Shown here piece by piece: positions 62,485-64,000 of a stretch of 64,000 nt of DNA (position 1 is its first letter; each line of letters opens with the position of its first letter). The position numbers and the translations under genes are program-made. Source of the DNA: Rhodospirillaceae bacterium (lineage in GTDB: Bacteria; Pseudomonadota; Alphaproteobacteria; Reyranellales; JAQSWP01). The stretch spans positions 45,576 to 109,575 of the forward strand of contig JBDZUM010000001.1 of assembly GCA_040255215.1 (NCBI GenBank), in the 5' to 3' direction. The notes beneath the pieces were generated by a model, which had not been told where the DNA came from, searched no databases, and saw nothing but the letters and a program-made list of their open reading frames with translations.

Positions 62485-63732
62485 GTGAACCGCATGCAAT
62501 TCGGCGCTTTCCTGGCGCCGCATCATCCCGTCGGCGAGAATCCGGCGTTGCAGTTCCGGCGCGATCTGGATTTCGTTGCTCATCTCGACCGGCTGGGCTA
62601 CGACGAGTTCTGGTGCGGAGAACATCATTCGTCGGGCTGGGAGATGATCGCCAGCCCCGAGCTGTTCCTGGCGGCGGCGGGCGAGAACACCAGGCGCATC
62701 AAGCTCGGCACCGGGGTGGTGTCGCTGCCCTATCACCACCCCTTCACCGTGGCGCAGCGCATCGTGCAGCTCGACTGGATGACGGGCGGGCGCATGCTGT
62801 TCGGCACCGGGCCGGGGGCGCTGCCCTCGGATGCGCGCATGTTCGGCATCGACCAGACGCTGCTGCGCGACCGGCAGGACGAGGCGCTGGGCGTGATCGT
62901 GCGGCTGCTCAAGGGCGAGCGGCTGACCTATCGCTGCGAATGGTTTCAGATCAATGACGGGCAGCTCCAGCTCCTGCCGCAGCAGGAGAAGATCCCGATG
63001 GCGGCGGCGTCTTCCATCAGCCCATCCGGCATGAAGCTGGCCGGCAAATACGGCATGGGCGCGCTGTCGATCGCCTCGACCTCGACCGACGGGCTGCAGG
63101 CGCTGCCGCTGCAATGGTCCTTCGCCGAACAGGCGGCCAGGGAACACGGCCAGGCGGTGGACCGGCGCGACTGGCGCGTACTGGTCTCCTTCCATCTCGC
63201 CGAGAGCAAGGAGCAGGCGCGCCAGGAGGCCGTCGACGGCCTGCAGCTCTGGCACAACCAGTATATCGTGCGCGTGCTGGCGCGAACCGGCGCGGTCAGG
63301 GTCGACGACAAATGGGCGTTGCTCAACCAGCTCAGCGATTTCGGCAATGGCGGCTCGGCGGTGATCGGCACGCCGGACGAGATGGTCAAGGCGGTACGCG
63401 AATTGCAGCGCATCACCGGCGGCTTCGGTGTGGTGCTGGGCTTCGTGCACGACTGGGCCAATCGCGAGAACACGCTGCGCTCGTGGGATCTGTTCGCCCG
63501 CTACGTCATGCCGGAGCTGAACGGCACCACCGCCCATCTCAAAGCCTCGGCCGACTACGTCGCCGGCCACAGCGTCGAACTGGCCGCCGGCCGCAGCGAG
63601 TCGATCCTCAAGGCCGTGCAGGGCGATCAGCGCGCGGAGAAGGCGTTGCAGGAAACCATGCAGCAGATGGCAGCGGGCGCGGCCAATACCTGGCGGCCGG
63701 GTGACCTGCCGAAGGATTTGGCGAAGAAGTGA
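62485..63732 (+). CDS. LLM-class flavin-dependent (luciferase-like) monooxygenase
   Basis: GTG 62485 lies 6 nt after GAGGAG. FGAFLAPHHP...GYDEFWCGEHHSSGWE...KLGTGVVSLPYHHP pattern. 415 aa. Confidence 0.8.
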   Translation: MNRMQFGAFLAPHHPVGENPALQFRRDLDFVAHLDRLGYDEFWCGEHHSSGWEMIASPELFLAAAGENTRRIKLGTGVVSLPYHHPFTVAQRIVQLDWMTGGRMLFGTGPGALPSDARMFGIDQTLLRDRQDEALGVIVRLLKGERLTYRCEWFQINDGQLQLLPQQEKIPMAAASSISPSGMKLAGKYGMGALSIASTSTDGLQALPLQWSFAEQAAREHGQAVDRRDWRVLVSFHLAESKEQARQEAVDGLQLWHNQYIVRVLARTGAVRVDDKWALLNQLSDFGNGGSAVIGTPDEMVKAVRELQRITGGFGVVLGFVHDWANRENTLRSWDLFARYVMPELNGTTAHLKASADYVAGHSVELAAGRSESILKAVQGDQRAEKALQETMQQMAAGAANTWRPGDLPKDLAKK

Positions 63733-64000
63733 ACTACAAGCAATACAACGATTTCTGCCGCTCGCTGCCCGCCACAACCTATGTGCAGCAATGGGGCGAG
63801 GCGCATGTCTGGAAGGTCGGCGGCAAGGTCTTCGCCATCGGCGGCTGGGAAGGCCGCGCCTACCCCGGCATCACCTTCAAGGTCACGCCGGTCTCCTACG
63901 AGCTGCTGAAGAACGAGCCCGGTCTGCGGCCCGCACCCTATCTCGCGTCTCGCGGAATGAAATGGATCCAGCATTACGACAAGCCCGGATTGTCGCTGAA
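63729..64000 (+). CDS. MmcQ/YjbR family DNA-binding protein, 3'-truncated by window edge
   Basis: Hand translation from GTG 63729 (overlapping the upstream TGA as GTGA): MNYKQYNDFCRSLPATTYVQQWGEAHVWKVGGKVFAIGGW...ITFKV...PYLASRGMKWIQ. Open to the window end. Not in the ORF track because no stop is reached. Confidence 0.65.
   Translation, partial: MNYKQYNDFCRSLPATTYVQQWGEAHVWKVGGKVFAIGGWEGRAYPGITFKVTPVSYELLKNEPGLRPAPYLASRGMKWIQHYDKPGLSL

Noticed and set aside
60641-64000. Possible genomic island integrated at tRNA-Ser(GGA), comprising the GIY-YIG, VOC, DJ-1, LLM monooxygenase and YjbR genes.
   Set aside because: There is no integrase, transposase or phage gene, and I could find no direct repeat of the tRNA 3' end in the remaining 3.4 kb. 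G+C drops only over the ~0.35 kb GIY-YIG segment and returns to background in the following genes. The window end prevents a full test.

Overview
High-GC alphaproteobacterial (Hyphomicrobiales/Rhizobiales-like) chromosomal core segment, densely packed with housekeeping genes. In order: addB-addA and trxA; two paralogous secreted repeat proteins downstream of an amidase; folC-accD-trpA-trpB, an antisense ASCH gene, then trpF-pyrF. Next come ihfB, rpsA, cmk and aroA; tRNA-Ala; hemN with a FixK/FNR-type box; and a small heat-shock gene with a sigma-32-like promoter and ROSE-like 5' UTR. The canonical ptsN-hpf-rpoN-lptB-lptA-lptC-kdsD cluster follows, then tRNA-Leu, gltD-gltB, thrS-infC-rpmI-rplT-pheS-pheT, lepA and tRNA-Ser. 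The window ends in a short lower-GC accessory stretch: a frameshifted GIY-YIG gene, then VOC, DJ-1/PfpI, LLM monooxygenase and YjbR genes. I found no rRNA, CRISPR array, transposase, integrase or recognisable defence or toxin-antitoxin module, and no convincing novel multi-gene system. The least explained locus is the amidase-linked pair of secreted proteins (6958-9712), built from five copies of a two-cysteine module of about 135 aa that I cannot place in a named family. Other points worth a second look: aroA has no canonical start codon upstream of its conserved N-terminal motif. An island of about 42% G+C with a perfect 23-bp palindrome sits upstream of gltDB. infC probably starts at ATA. 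rpmI-rplT has its own promoter and a long leader. Nested inverted repeats and an A6 frameshift lie next to tRNA-Ser. All product calls come from motifs I recognised in the supplied translations and from synteny. No database search was run. Many long ORFs in the track are antisense or 5'-extended artefacts of the high GC content.
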